Positions 37,417 through 44,851 of a stretch of DNA of 64,000 nucleotides are shown piece by piece. Below the pieces are notes generated by a model. It made no database searches, was not told where the DNA came from, and saw nothing but the letters and a program-made list of their open reading frames with translations. Each line of letters starts with the position of its first letter. Positions within the stretch are counted from its first letter, which is position 1. Position numbers and translations under genes: made by a program. Source of the stretch: an uncultured Bacilli bacterium (GTDB lineage Bacteria; Bacillota_I; Bacilli_A; RF39; UBA660); the NCBI GenBank assembly GCA_947632115.1, contig CANROB010000004.1, forward strand, positions 709 to 64,708, read 5' to 3'.

Positions 37417-37450
37417 ATAAAAAAAGTTATGCACTTCTTTGTACATAACT
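37417..37450 (-). terminator. Terminator after the 333-aa gene
   Basis: Minus strand AGTTATG-(12 nt)-CATAACT followed by TTTTTTT. Confidence 0.5.
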
Positions 37451-38450
37451 ATTTTGTTTTAACATTCTCCTCTTGTTGAAAATATTCGTGTAGAACTTGT
37501 TGTAACATACTAACTTGCTCATCCGCATCTTTATCATTTTTAAGAAGTCCATCCTGATAACAAAGTTGTACTTGACCGACGGCTGCACAAAGTTTTCCTT
37601 CTTGTTCATTTAAAACGTCGGTTGCTCCTGTTTCGGAATGAATAATTAACCAGTGTCCATCAACTTTCCGAATAACGTAAGAAGTAGGTTCATAGGTACT
37701 TCCTGTTCTTTCAACATAATCTGTCTTTACCGTAAGTAACACTTTATCCATCAATTCAGAAGTCTGCTTAGAGTACTTCGTATTATCAAATACTGTCCCT
37801 GTATAAATGGTTGTCTCCATATTTTCATCAGGGTTTGCTTTTTCATCAAAACAAGTTAAATAGGCAAGCCGATATCCATAAGAGATTTGTTTCGCTAACT
37901 GATATTGCTTAACAACCTCCAAAAGTTCTTCTTCCGTATAATCAGTTGAGGATGAAAGAAATTGAAGAAGGGCTGTTAAAGATGGTTCATCAATATCTAA
38001 TTGATAAACGGTCTTAGCATAGTAATAATAATAACTAATGCCATTTTCTTCAAAAGCGCCAATTTGTTTTGGCCAATCAGGATCCGTGATTTCAAGTTCT
38101 TCTTTGATTTCTTTTTTTTCTTTCGTCGTTGTTTCAAAAACGAGTAAATCCCCTTCTATTTTAACCGGCATATCGATTACTTCTTCTACGAATTTACGAA
38201 TTTCTCTTTTGAAAAGTAATACTCTTGTATAGATTTCTTTTTCAACGGCTGATGTGTCTTTTCCCATATCTTCTAATTCTTGATAATCATGAACAAGAAT
38301 TGTAATTTCTTCGGGAAGTGTTTCCGTACTTTTATCTTTCAAAGAAGAGCCAACAGAAAGCACTAAAGAAACCACAATCGCTCCTCCGACAATGCCTCTA
38401 CGAATTAGTTTTCCTTTAGGAGAAATTTTTCCATATTTTTTTATTTTCAT
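37449..38450 (-). CDS. Hypothetical N-terminally membrane-anchored protein (333 aa)
   Basis: TM GIVGGAIVVSLVLSVGS. TGATATAAT box at 38468-38476, 17 nt upstream of the ATG. Confidence 0.55.
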   Translation of the reverse strand: MKIKKYGKISPKGKLIRRGIVGGAIVVSLVLSVGSSLKDKSTETLPEEITILVHDYQELEDMGKDTSAVEKEIYTRVLLFKREIRKFVEEVIDMPVKIEGDLLVFETTTKEKKEIKEELEITDPDWPKQIGAFEENGISYYYYYAKTVYQLDIDEPSLTALLQFLSSSTDYTEEELLEVVKQYQLAKQISYGYRLAYLTCFDEKANPDENMETTIYTGTVFDNTKYSKQTSELMDKVLLTVKTDYVERTGSTYEPTSYVIRKVDGHWLIIHSETGATDVLNEQEGKLCAAVGQVQLCYQDGLLKNDKDADEQVSMLQQVLHEYFQQEENVKTK

Positions 38451-38508
38451 AATACCATCCTAATATCATTATATCATAGTTTTTAAAAAAAGAAGAGATA
38501 TCCTCATT

Positions 38509-39747
38509 TTACTCTTCTCTTTCTAATTCTTGAATAGCTGATAAAAGACCTAGTTTTCCATAAGAATAGGTAAGTCCACCTTGTTGATAAGCAATGTAAG
38601 GCTCCCTGATAGGACCATCACAAGATAGTTCAATGGAAGACCCTTGCGTAAATGCTCCGGCTGCCATAATGACTTGATCATCATATCCTGGCATATCCCA
38701 AGGTTCTGGAACCGCAAAAGAATCAATAGGTGATCCTTTTTGAATACCCTGACAATAACGAATCAATTTCGTAGCATCATGAAAGCAAATGTTTTGAACA
38801 ATATCTGCTCTTCTCTCTTGCCATTTTGGTTCTACTTCATATCCTAATTTTTCTAAAGCATAGCTCGTTAAAACGGCTGTTTTTAAGCTGCTTGCTACTA
38901 CACTAGGTGCTAAGAAAAGTCCCTGCGCTAAAGCTTTATTAACGCCTAAACTAGGTCCTACTTCTCTTCCCTCACCAGGTAGTGTTAAACGTTCTCCTGC
39001 TAGTTCTACCAGTTCTTTTTTACCAGCAATATATGCTCCATTAGGGGCAATCCCACCCCCTAAATTTTTAATTAAAGAGCCTACCATAACATCTGCTCCT
39101 ACTGCTACAGGTTCACAGTTATCAACAAACTCACAATAACAGTTATCTACCATAATTATTACATTTTTATCAATACTTCTAATACTTTCAATGATTCTTT
39201 TTACCTTGTCAATCGTAAGACTTTTCCTAGTAGAATATCCCTTAGAACGTTGAATCTCTATCAACTTGACAGTATGATTTTGTAAATAAGTAAGAATTTT
39301 CTCTTCATCAAAATCATTGTCTTTTAATTCTATTTGATCATAAGATACTCCAAAAGATTTTAAGGAACTAGCGTTTTCCTTAATACCGATAACTTCATGT
39401 AAGGTATCATATGGAGTGCCTGTAATACTAAGCATCAAATCTCCTGGACGAAGAAACGCAAATAAAGCAACCGTAAGAGCATGACTCCCAGAAATAAATT
39501 GGTTCCGTACTAAACAATCTTCAGCTCCTAATACTTCTGCAAATACTTTTTCTAACGTATCTCTTCCTAAATCATCATATCCATATCCTGTTGTAGAATC
39601 AAAGCAAGCAGTTGAAAAATGATGATGCCAAAAAGCCTCTAATACTTTTCTGCTATTTTCTTGTTCCCGTTTTGTAATTTCTTGAAACTCTTCTTGAACA
39701 GCCTCTTCACATGTATTCAAGAAAGAAAGACATTCTTCTTTATTCAT
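38509..39747 (-). CDS. PLP-dependent 'aluminium resistance'/methionine gamma-lyase-family protein (YnbB-like)
   Basis: 412 aa. The pattern ...GYGYDDLGRD...FISGSHALTVALFAFLRPGD...VGSLIKNLGGGIAP... recalls the YnbB family. ATGA overlap with the upstream SDR gene. Confidence 0.6.
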   Translation of the reverse strand: MNKEECLSFLNTCEEAVQEEFQEITKREQENSRKVLEAFWHHHFSTACFDSTTGYGYDDLGRDTLEKVFAEVLGAEDCLVRNQFISGSHALTVALFAFLRPGDLMLSITGTPYDTLHEVIGIKENASSLKSFGVSYDQIELKDNDFDEEKILTYLQNHTVKLIEIQRSKGYSTRKSLTIDKVKRIIESIRSIDKNVIIMVDNCYCEFVDNCEPVAVGADVMVGSLIKNLGGGIAPNGAYIAGKKELVELAGERLTLPGEGREVGPSLGVNKALAQGLFLAPSVVASSLKTAVLTSYALEKLGYEVEPKWQERRADIVQNICFHDATKLIRYCQGIQKGSPIDSFAVPEPWDMPGYDDQVIMAAGAFTQGSSIELSCDGPIREPYIAYQQGGLTYSYGKLGLLSAIQELEREE

Positions 39748-40478
39748 AAAATTCCTCCATCTACCCGAATCACTTCTCCATTTATATATTTAGCCTCATC
39801 ACTCGCTAAGAAAAAAATGACATTCGCAATTTCTTCTGGTTCCGCAAACCGCCCTAACATAATTTTTTTTCGTTCTTCTTCTAAAAAATCTGGAAACATC
39901 TCCAATACAGAATCTGTTTTTGTCCATCCTGGCGCAATAGCATTAACACGAATAAAAGGCGCAAATTGAAGAGCCAAATTATGTGTTAACGAAATTAAAG
40001 CAGCTTTAGATGCATCATAATCTAAGCTAATAGGAGAATTACAATCGATACCATTATTAGAAGAAACATTAATAATAACGCCTGATTTCTTCTTTAACAT
40101 GGTAGCAGAAACTATTTTACTTACTAAAAAAGATCCCACCAAATTCGTATTCATCACTTTTCGAAAATTGAAAACAGTGTGATCAATAAATTCATCATCT
40201 ATGGCAATTCCTGCATTATTGATAAGAACATCAATTCTTCCATAAGTCTGTATAATTTTATCTACCATTTTTTGAACGGCTTTTTCATCGCTAATATCTG
40301 CTTGAATGGTCATAACTTCTATACCATATTCTTTCTTTATTTGTTCTTTTAAATGTAAAGCAGATTCTTCACTATGAAAATAATTGATAATTAAAATATC
40401 CTTATCCTTTGCAAAACGTAAAGCAGTTTTTGCACCGATTCCTCTACTAGCCCCAGTAATTAATACTACCCGGTTCAT
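39744..40478 (-). CDS. Short-chain dehydrogenase/reductase (FabG-like)
   Basis: TGASRGIG cofactor motif, NNAG, and catalytic S...YDASK. 244 aa. Confidence 0.85.
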   Translation of the reverse strand: MNRVVLITGASRGIGAKTALRFAKDKDILIINYFHSEESALHLKEQIKKEYGIEVMTIQADISDEKAVQKMVDKIIQTYGRIDVLINNAGIAIDDEFIDHTVFNFRKVMNTNLVGSFLVSKIVSATMLKKKSGVIINVSSNNGIDCNSPISLDYDASKAALISLTHNLALQFAPFIRVNAIAPGWTKTDSVLEMFPDFLEEERKKIMLGRFAEPEEIANVIFFLASDEAKYINGEVIRVDGGIL

Positions 40479-40584
40479 AGTTCACCTCACACCCATTATA
40501 TCAAAATAAAATTTTTTTGCGTAAAATTCTTTAAAAAAGAAAAAAAATATGTTACGATTTTTGTGACTAGATAAGGAGTAACTT

Positions 40585-40869
40585 ATGTTTTCATTTTTTA
40601 AAAAACAAACAACAATCCTTCCTGATGAATTTATGGATTTTCCACCTTATACAGGAAGAATAAAAAAAGGACCTATCATTCAAGAAACCCCTATTTATAA
40701 ACGTTACACCTATATTGTAAAGGGTGTAGGAGATTATCAACAACTTTTACTACAAAATGGATTTATGCAAAAAAGCAAAGTACGTTATGATAGAGGTTCT
40801 ATAGGGAACTATATTATTATAGAAAAAGTATGGAACGGATATAAACTTGCTTTCCATAAAAAGAAATAA
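40585..40869 (+). CDS. Hypothetical small protein (94 aa)
   Basis: AAGGAG SD; followed by the hairpin AAAGTAGAG-AATACC-CTCTACTTT plus a T-run (40868-40900). Confidence 0.5.
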   Translation: MFSFFKKQTTILPDEFMDFPPYTGRIKKGPIIQETPIYKRYTYIVKGVGDYQQLLLQNGFMQKSKVRYDRGSIGNYIIIEKVWNGYKLAFHKKK

Positions 40870-40884
40870 AGTAGAGAATACCCT

Positions 40885-41772
40885 CTACTTTATTTTTTTC
40901 CACAATACAATTGTTACTTTCTTTGGATTAGAAGAATTACAAGTATACATCACTAAAGAAGCACCTGTTTTTTCTACGTCTCTTCCATCTTTCGTTATAA
41001 GCCTTGTACCAGTATTAGTTCCCTCTACTTTTTCCATCACTTGATATTTTTCTAAGAAATATTTGCCCTTTTCATTCTTTACTTTTCGGTAAGCAATACT
41101 ACCTACCTTTTGTTTTTTTATAATATCGAATCCTTGTATAGAGTGATCTGCAATCATTGGGATATAATCATAATATAAAAAATAAGCAGCGCTATCTTTT
41201 TCATCTACTATTTTTTGTAGATCATCTACATAAAAATCTGCCTCATAAAGGGCAACAGAATAAAAATTTGAAAAATAAAGTCTACCAGCAGTCCCCATTT
41301 TTCCTTGATGAGATAAAATTTTTTGAGAAAGAGATTCTGTTTTTACTTTAGTTTGTGATTTGCTTTGTACTATTTTCTTTTCTACTTTTTTCTCTTCTTG
41401 CTTTTCAATAGTCAAAGTCACTTTCTTGGAAATAACGCCTAATTCACTAGGAAATAAAAGAACAATTGCATATTGACCTGGTTCTTGATAACTTCCCATT
41501 TGCTCTTCTTTATAGGTGTATTCTACTTTTTTAGGACTATCCATTTCGACGATAAAGTCAGAAATTTGATAGTTCTCTTTTTCTTTAATTGTAAGATTTC
41601 TTACCTCTATCTTAGGTGTTAGAATAGCAACTTCCTGAGATTTCAAAACTTCCTTTTCTTTCTTAGAAGAAGGTTTTTGCGGTTGAATAATCATGTTAAA
41701 AGATAATCCCAATTCTAGAAGTAAGAAAACGGATAAGATGATACTACCTAAATGTCTTTTCCACATAGTCAT
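40885..41772 (-). CDS. Membrane-anchored sortase-fold (C60-like) protein, putative
   Basis: N-terminal TM. The C-terminal domain aligns by eye with SrtA: ...IPMIADHSIQGF (His), ...GSIAYRKVKNEKGKYFLEKY..., ...ASLVMYTCNSS (TLxTC-like Cys). The conserved downstream Arg is not evident. Own TGTTAGAAT box at 41800-41808. Confidence 0.4.
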   Translation of the reverse strand: MTMWKRHLGSIILSVFLLLELGLSFNMIIQPQKPSSKKEKEVLKSQEVAILTPKIEVRNLTIKEKENYQISDFIVEMDSPKKVEYTYKEEQMGSYQEPGQYAIVLLFPSELGVISKKVTLTIEKQEEKKVEKKIVQSKSQTKVKTESLSQKILSHQGKMGTAGRLYFSNFYSVALYEADFYVDDLQKIVDEKDSAAYFLYYDYIPMIADHSIQGFDIIKKQKVGSIAYRKVKNEKGKYFLEKYQVMEKVEGTNTGTRLITKDGRDVEKTGASLVMYTCNSSNPKKVTIVLWKKIK

Positions 41773-41809
41773 CCCCCTTTTTTCTTGTTTTGGTCGGCTA
41801 TTCTAACAT

Positions 41810-41836
41810 AAAAAAAAGGGAAAGTCAAACTTTCTC
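41810..41836 (-). terminator. Putative terminator overlapping the RT stop codon
   Basis: Minus strand GAGAAAGT-TTG-ACTTTCCC (6-7 bp stem, 3-nt loop) followed by T8. Confidence 0.45.
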
Positions 41837-43012
41837 TTTTGTAAACTCATAATATTCATGAACCAAACTACGATACCCTGTACTTTTTAATAGTTGATAA
41901 GGGACTTTTGATTTATCCGTTTTACTGTATCTTCCTGTTTTTAAGTAACGTAATTGCTGTTGAAAATAACTATCAATTTCTTTTAGACCACTACTCACTG
42001 TAAGAACAGGAAAATACCAAATACTCCAGTTTAATTCTTTCCCTGGTCTTTCATAAAAAAACTTATAATTAAAAATATTGTTTAAAGCCTTCATAGCTTT
42101 CTCACTAGGAACATTTTTTCGTAGCATCCAACGTCTAAGAGCTCTTGCCTTTCTTCTAATTTTGGCTTTCATTTTTTGCTTAGAATGAGGCGAGAGATTA
42201 ATTCCACAAGAAGAATAAAAGAAGCCTAAAAATTCAAAAGGTTCTCCCTTATCAATAAAGTATTCTTTCTTTTCATTGATCTCAAGATTTAAATCCTTAA
42301 AGGTAGAGCGAATTTCTTCTACTTTTTTTAAAAGTTCTTGTTTCGTTGGTAAAAAAAGAAGGATATCATCTGCATATCTAGCATAGCAAACATCTATCAT
42401 TTTCCAATCTAATTCCGATAAATAAAGATTAGATAAAAAGCAAGAAATCGGTGTTCCTGCCATAACTCCTTTTTCTTCTTCTAGAATCTCTCCTTGATAA
42501 AGAACTCTTTTATCTTCTAATAACTTCTCAAAAAACAAATAACATTTCTCATCCACTTTTTCCTTTAACATTTGAAGTAATTTAGGAACAGAAATACTAT
42601 TAAAATAGTTATGAATATCTACTTTATATCCATATCCTAAAGTCGTATGAACTACCTTCCAAAAAGCCTGTTTTGGACCAATCTTTTGGCGAAAAGAATA
42701 ACAATTAGGAGCGAATAAAAAGTCATATTCTCCTAATAAATAGTGGATCATTTTTAAAATAATTGTCTCTTCTTTAGAAAAAGAATACACTACTCTTTTT
42801 TGTCCAGAAGCATTTTTATTAATTTTCTTTTTCATAGGAATCGAAAAAGAATAATCACCAGCTACAATCTTAGAAGAAATTGGCAAATATTTTTTTTCAT
42901 CAATGTATTGTTTTAATTCTTCATATTCCTTTTTCGTTAAATTTCTTTGTTCTTTGTAATTTAAAAAAGAATACCAAGCATTTTGATCTATTAAACTGTC
43001 TAAAACAGACAT
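41825..43012 (-). CDS. Free-standing reverse transcriptase (RNA-directed DNA polymerase), unclassified family
   Basis: RT motifs read in order: IPMKKKINKNASGQKRVVY (1/2), CYSFRQKIGPKQAF (2a), YKVDIHNYFNSI (A), GVMAGTPISCFLSNLYLSELD (B), YARYADDILLF (C; YADD codons 42365-42376), LEINEKKE (D), FEFLGFFY (E). There is an RT0-like N-terminal extension and a basic thumb-like C-terminus of about 125 aa. GGTGGTG SD at 43017-43023. Confidence 0.9.
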   Translation of the reverse strand: MSVLDSLIDQNAWYSFLNYKEQRNLTKKEYEELKQYIDEKKYLPISSKIVAGDYSFSIPMKKKINKNASGQKRVVYSFSKEETIILKMIHYLLGEYDFLFAPNCYSFRQKIGPKQAFWKVVHTTLGYGYKVDIHNYFNSISVPKLLQMLKEKVDEKCYLFFEKLLEDKRVLYQGEILEEEKGVMAGTPISCFLSNLYLSELDWKMIDVCYARYADDILLFLPTKQELLKKVEEIRSTFKDLNLEINEKKEYFIDKGEPFEFLGFFYSSCGINLSPHSKQKMKAKIRRKARALRRWMLRKNVPSEKAMKALNNIFNYKFFYERPGKELNWSIWYFPVLTVSSGLKEIDSYFQQQLRYLKTGRYSKTDKSKVPYQLLKSTGYRSLVHEYYEFTKEKV

Positions 43013-43152
43013 ATTTCACCACCAAGGAAGAGAATCAATTGAATCATTGATGAAATCAATGAATGACAAGGTTATATATATCCCAGTCACTTGCAAAACT
43101 ATTTTATAGGATATACTGAACCCGCTACAAGTAGTGTTTCCACATCTCTTCC
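43013..43152 (-). ncRNA. Candidate structured 5' leader / RT-associated non-coding RNA
   Basis: 146 nt separate the TGATATAAT box from the RT ATG. Complementary segments on the minus strand: GGAAGAGA (43145-43152) with TCTCTTCC (43026-43033), a closing stem; TATATCC (43109-43115) with GGATATA (43077-43083); TCATTGAT (43055-43062) with ATCAATGA (43044-43051), TTC loop. No ORF. Confidence 0.4.
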
Positions 43153-43158
43153 ACAGTC

Positions 43159-43167
43159 ATTATATCA
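43159..43167 (-). promoter_or_regulatory. Extended -10 promoter box (TGATATAAT) of the RT module
   Basis: Minus strand TTTTTTTGATATAAT, immediately after the upstream terminator. The same box is seen in front of cgs, the SDR gene, the 333-aa gene and the 24048 gene. Confidence 0.5.
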
Positions 43168-43194
43168 AAAAAAGAAGTAGTTTTATACTACTTC
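43167..43194 (-). terminator. Rho-independent terminator of the kinase-like gene
   Basis: Minus strand GAAGTAGT-ATAAA-ACTACTTC followed by T7; the stem overlaps the TAG stop (43188-43190). Confidence 0.7.
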
Positions 43195-44090
43195 CTTACT
43201 AATCTTTTGAAATATTTCTCTTCTCCAAAATTACCTTGTTCTTCTAAATAATATTTAGAAGCAATAACAAAAGCACTTTCCGTAAAATATTCTCCTGGCT
43301 CATGGAAAGATAAAATAGCGTTCATTTTAGAGATGATTTCTTCCTCTTCTAATCCAATAAGTTGAAGTATATCAGAAAGACGAATTCTCTTTCCCGTATT
43401 AGGATTTTCTTGTCCAATCATTCCTAAATCTATTTGAAATGTCATAGCAAAATAGAAAAATAACAAACTTAATTTATCTAATTCTGAGGTAAATAATTTT
43501 TGATTACGATATTTCTTATGCATAAAGATTTCTTGACTTCTAAAAGTTGCAGAAGTTTCAATAGCCATATGATTTCTTATCTGCATTCCATCATAATTAA
43601 CCAATTCAATATTTCCATTTTCGTCTATAAAAATATTATCTAAAGAACAAAGATCTGGAAATACATACCCTAACGTATTTGCCCTTCTAAGAATATTTTC
43701 TACCTTAGCCAAAATAGTTGCATATTTTTCTAAGTTTTCTCTATCCTCTTTTGTTTGTGTTGCTAAATAGGTAGAAAAAGGAACTCCCTTAGCCTTAGGC
43801 ATAATATATCCAGCAAAATTGTTTTCCTCATATACTCCACATTTAGGAGACATAATTTCAGGAAGACACCTCTTCTTTTCTGTATCCATGATTTTCGTCT
43901 CTAAATCTCCTCCACAAAATTCTGAAACAAAAAGGAATTGAGGAGAGAAAAGCTTTAAGATACTGCCGTCTTGTAGTTCAAAGACAGAACTTTTTTCACT
44001 TTCTTTTAATAACTCTTTTCCTTGGAAACGATAATCGGTTAAAGAAATTCTAGGTAATCCTCTCCCGCCATGCTTGATTGGATACTTCAT
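43188..44090 (-). CDS. Atypical protein-kinase-fold protein (Hanks/APH/CotS-like)
   Basis: Catalytic-loop-like YVFPDLCSLDNIFIDENGNIELVNYDG (compare HRDLKPxNhhhd...hkhxDFG), a candidate beta3 Lys in GSILKLF, and no Gly-rich loop. 300 aa. Confidence 0.5.
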   Translation of the reverse strand: MKYPIKHGGRGLPRISLTDYRFQGKELLKESEKSSVFELQDGSILKLFSPQFLFVSEFCGGDLETKIMDTEKKRCLPEIMSPKCGVYEENNFAGYIMPKAKGVPFSTYLATQTKEDRENLEKYATILAKVENILRRANTLGYVFPDLCSLDNIFIDENGNIELVNYDGMQIRNHMAIETSATFRSQEIFMHKKYRNQKLFTSELDKLSLLFFYFAMTFQIDLGMIGQENPNTGKRIRLSDILQLIGLEEEEIISKMNAILSFHEPGEYFTESAFVIASKYYLEEQGNFGEEKYFKRLVRK

Positions 44091-44114
44091 ATACTGCCAC
44101 CCCTTTGGCGGATT

Positions 44115-44143
44115 AGTGTAGCATACATTCCCTTTCTTGTCAA
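44115..44143 (-). promoter_or_regulatory. Predicted sigma-A promoter of the kinase-like gene
   Basis: Minus strand TTGACA (44138-44143), 17 nt, TACACT (44115-44120), then GGGGTGG SD and the ATG. Confidence 0.55.
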
Positions 44144-44797
44144 CTAATCATTAGGTCTCATAACGGGAAAGCGCTCATACATAAATTCATTATCATAATA
44201 TTTATCATAAAGTTTTCCAATCACAGTGAATGGTTTCTTTCCTTGATTACGAAAAGCCATTCTTCCAAATGCTGAATAAGTCACAATAATATCTAACATT
44301 AAAAAAGCAAAAAAGATTCGATAAATAATAGTTCCTATACGATAAGGGATTTTCTCTATCCATTTAGAAAGAAAAGGATAAATTACTTTCATCAAAATGG
44401 TTCCGCCTAGTCCCCAAAAGAACATAAAAGGAACAGTTGTTCTTCCTTGAATATTTAAAAACTGGTTTGAATAATCCCAAAACTTTACTTTAAAAATAGT
44501 ATCTGCTATCCATCCTGTAAGGTACTCTGTTACCCCACCAATCAAAGCTGCATAAACGAAGGTTTTAAGAATACTTCTCTTTTCATTATTTTTTCCTAAA
44601 AATAAAACAAATATCAAAACACCTACTCCATAAATAGGACTAAAAGGGCCATAAATAAGACCATCTCTACTAGACCATTCGTGATACTTAATAAACCATA
44701 AGATTTCTTCATAATAAGTACCAATTAAACAACCTAACACAAAAAAGATAAACACTTTAGCAAAACAAAAACCCCTTGCAAATACTTTCTTTTCCAT
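44144..44797 (-). CDS. Polytopic membrane protein, 'putative ABC-transporter type IV' (CmpB/DUF1113-like)
   Basis: The 217-aa pattern ...GLIYGPFSPIYGVGVLIF... with 5-6 TM segments recalls this family. Confidence 0.45.
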   Translation of the reverse strand: MEKKVFARGFCFAKVFIFFVLGCLIGTYYEEILWFIKYHEWSSRDGLIYGPFSPIYGVGVLIFVLFLGKNNEKRSILKTFVYAALIGGVTEYLTGWIADTIFKVKFWDYSNQFLNIQGRTTVPFMFFWGLGGTILMKVIYPFLSKWIEKIPYRIGTIIYRIFFAFLMLDIIVTYSAFGRMAFRNQGKKPFTVIGKLYDKYYDNEFMYERFPVMRPND

Positions 44798-44851
44798 ACA
44801 CCATACTACCTTTTATCCCATTATAGCACAAAAAGAATACCTTAGTATTCT

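Noticed and set aside
37408-37450. Three mutually complementary segments (AGTTATG / CATAACTT / AAGTTAT) as a terminator/antiterminator riboswitch
   Set aside because: The element lies downstream of a gene's stop and upstream of nothing on the alternative strand. The simplest reading is one intrinsic terminator (hairpin plus T7) with a fortuitous third A/T-rich repeat. No conserved aptamer-like sequence is present.
43013-43167. RT leader as the template repeat (TR) of a diversity-generating retroelement
   Set aside because: The RT N-terminus and xGxxxSx motif-B spacing are DGR-like, so I looked for a variable repeat matching the leader at non-adenine positions. The distinctive core GTAGCGGGTTCAG has no second copy. 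The only other GCGGGTTC (about 51205, inside xfp) diverges at non-A positions immediately on both sides. The leader is not AAC-rich, there is no avd-like gene, and motif B ends SC rather than SQ.
41825-43167. Retron (msr-msd + RT)
   Set aside because: The upstream ncRNA-like leader with terminal inverted repeats is reminiscent of a retron. However, the RT has FEFLGFFY where retron RTs carry the (R)xVTG motif, and no adjacent effector gene lies in the same transcription unit. I keep it as an unclassified RT rather than calling a retron.
41773-43187. Group II intron
   Set aside because: Only 146 nt lie upstream and 52 nt downstream of the ORF, far too little for domains I-IV and V-VI. I saw no domain V-like hairpin, no maturase X or endonuclease domain, and no interrupted host gene.
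43188-44090. Kinase-like protein as the co-transcribed effector of the RT
   Set aside because: It has its own sigma-A promoter (44115-44143) and a strong terminator (43167-43194) before the RT promoter. Spore-coat genes nearby give a simpler explanation. It is retained only as a low-probability link in the findings.
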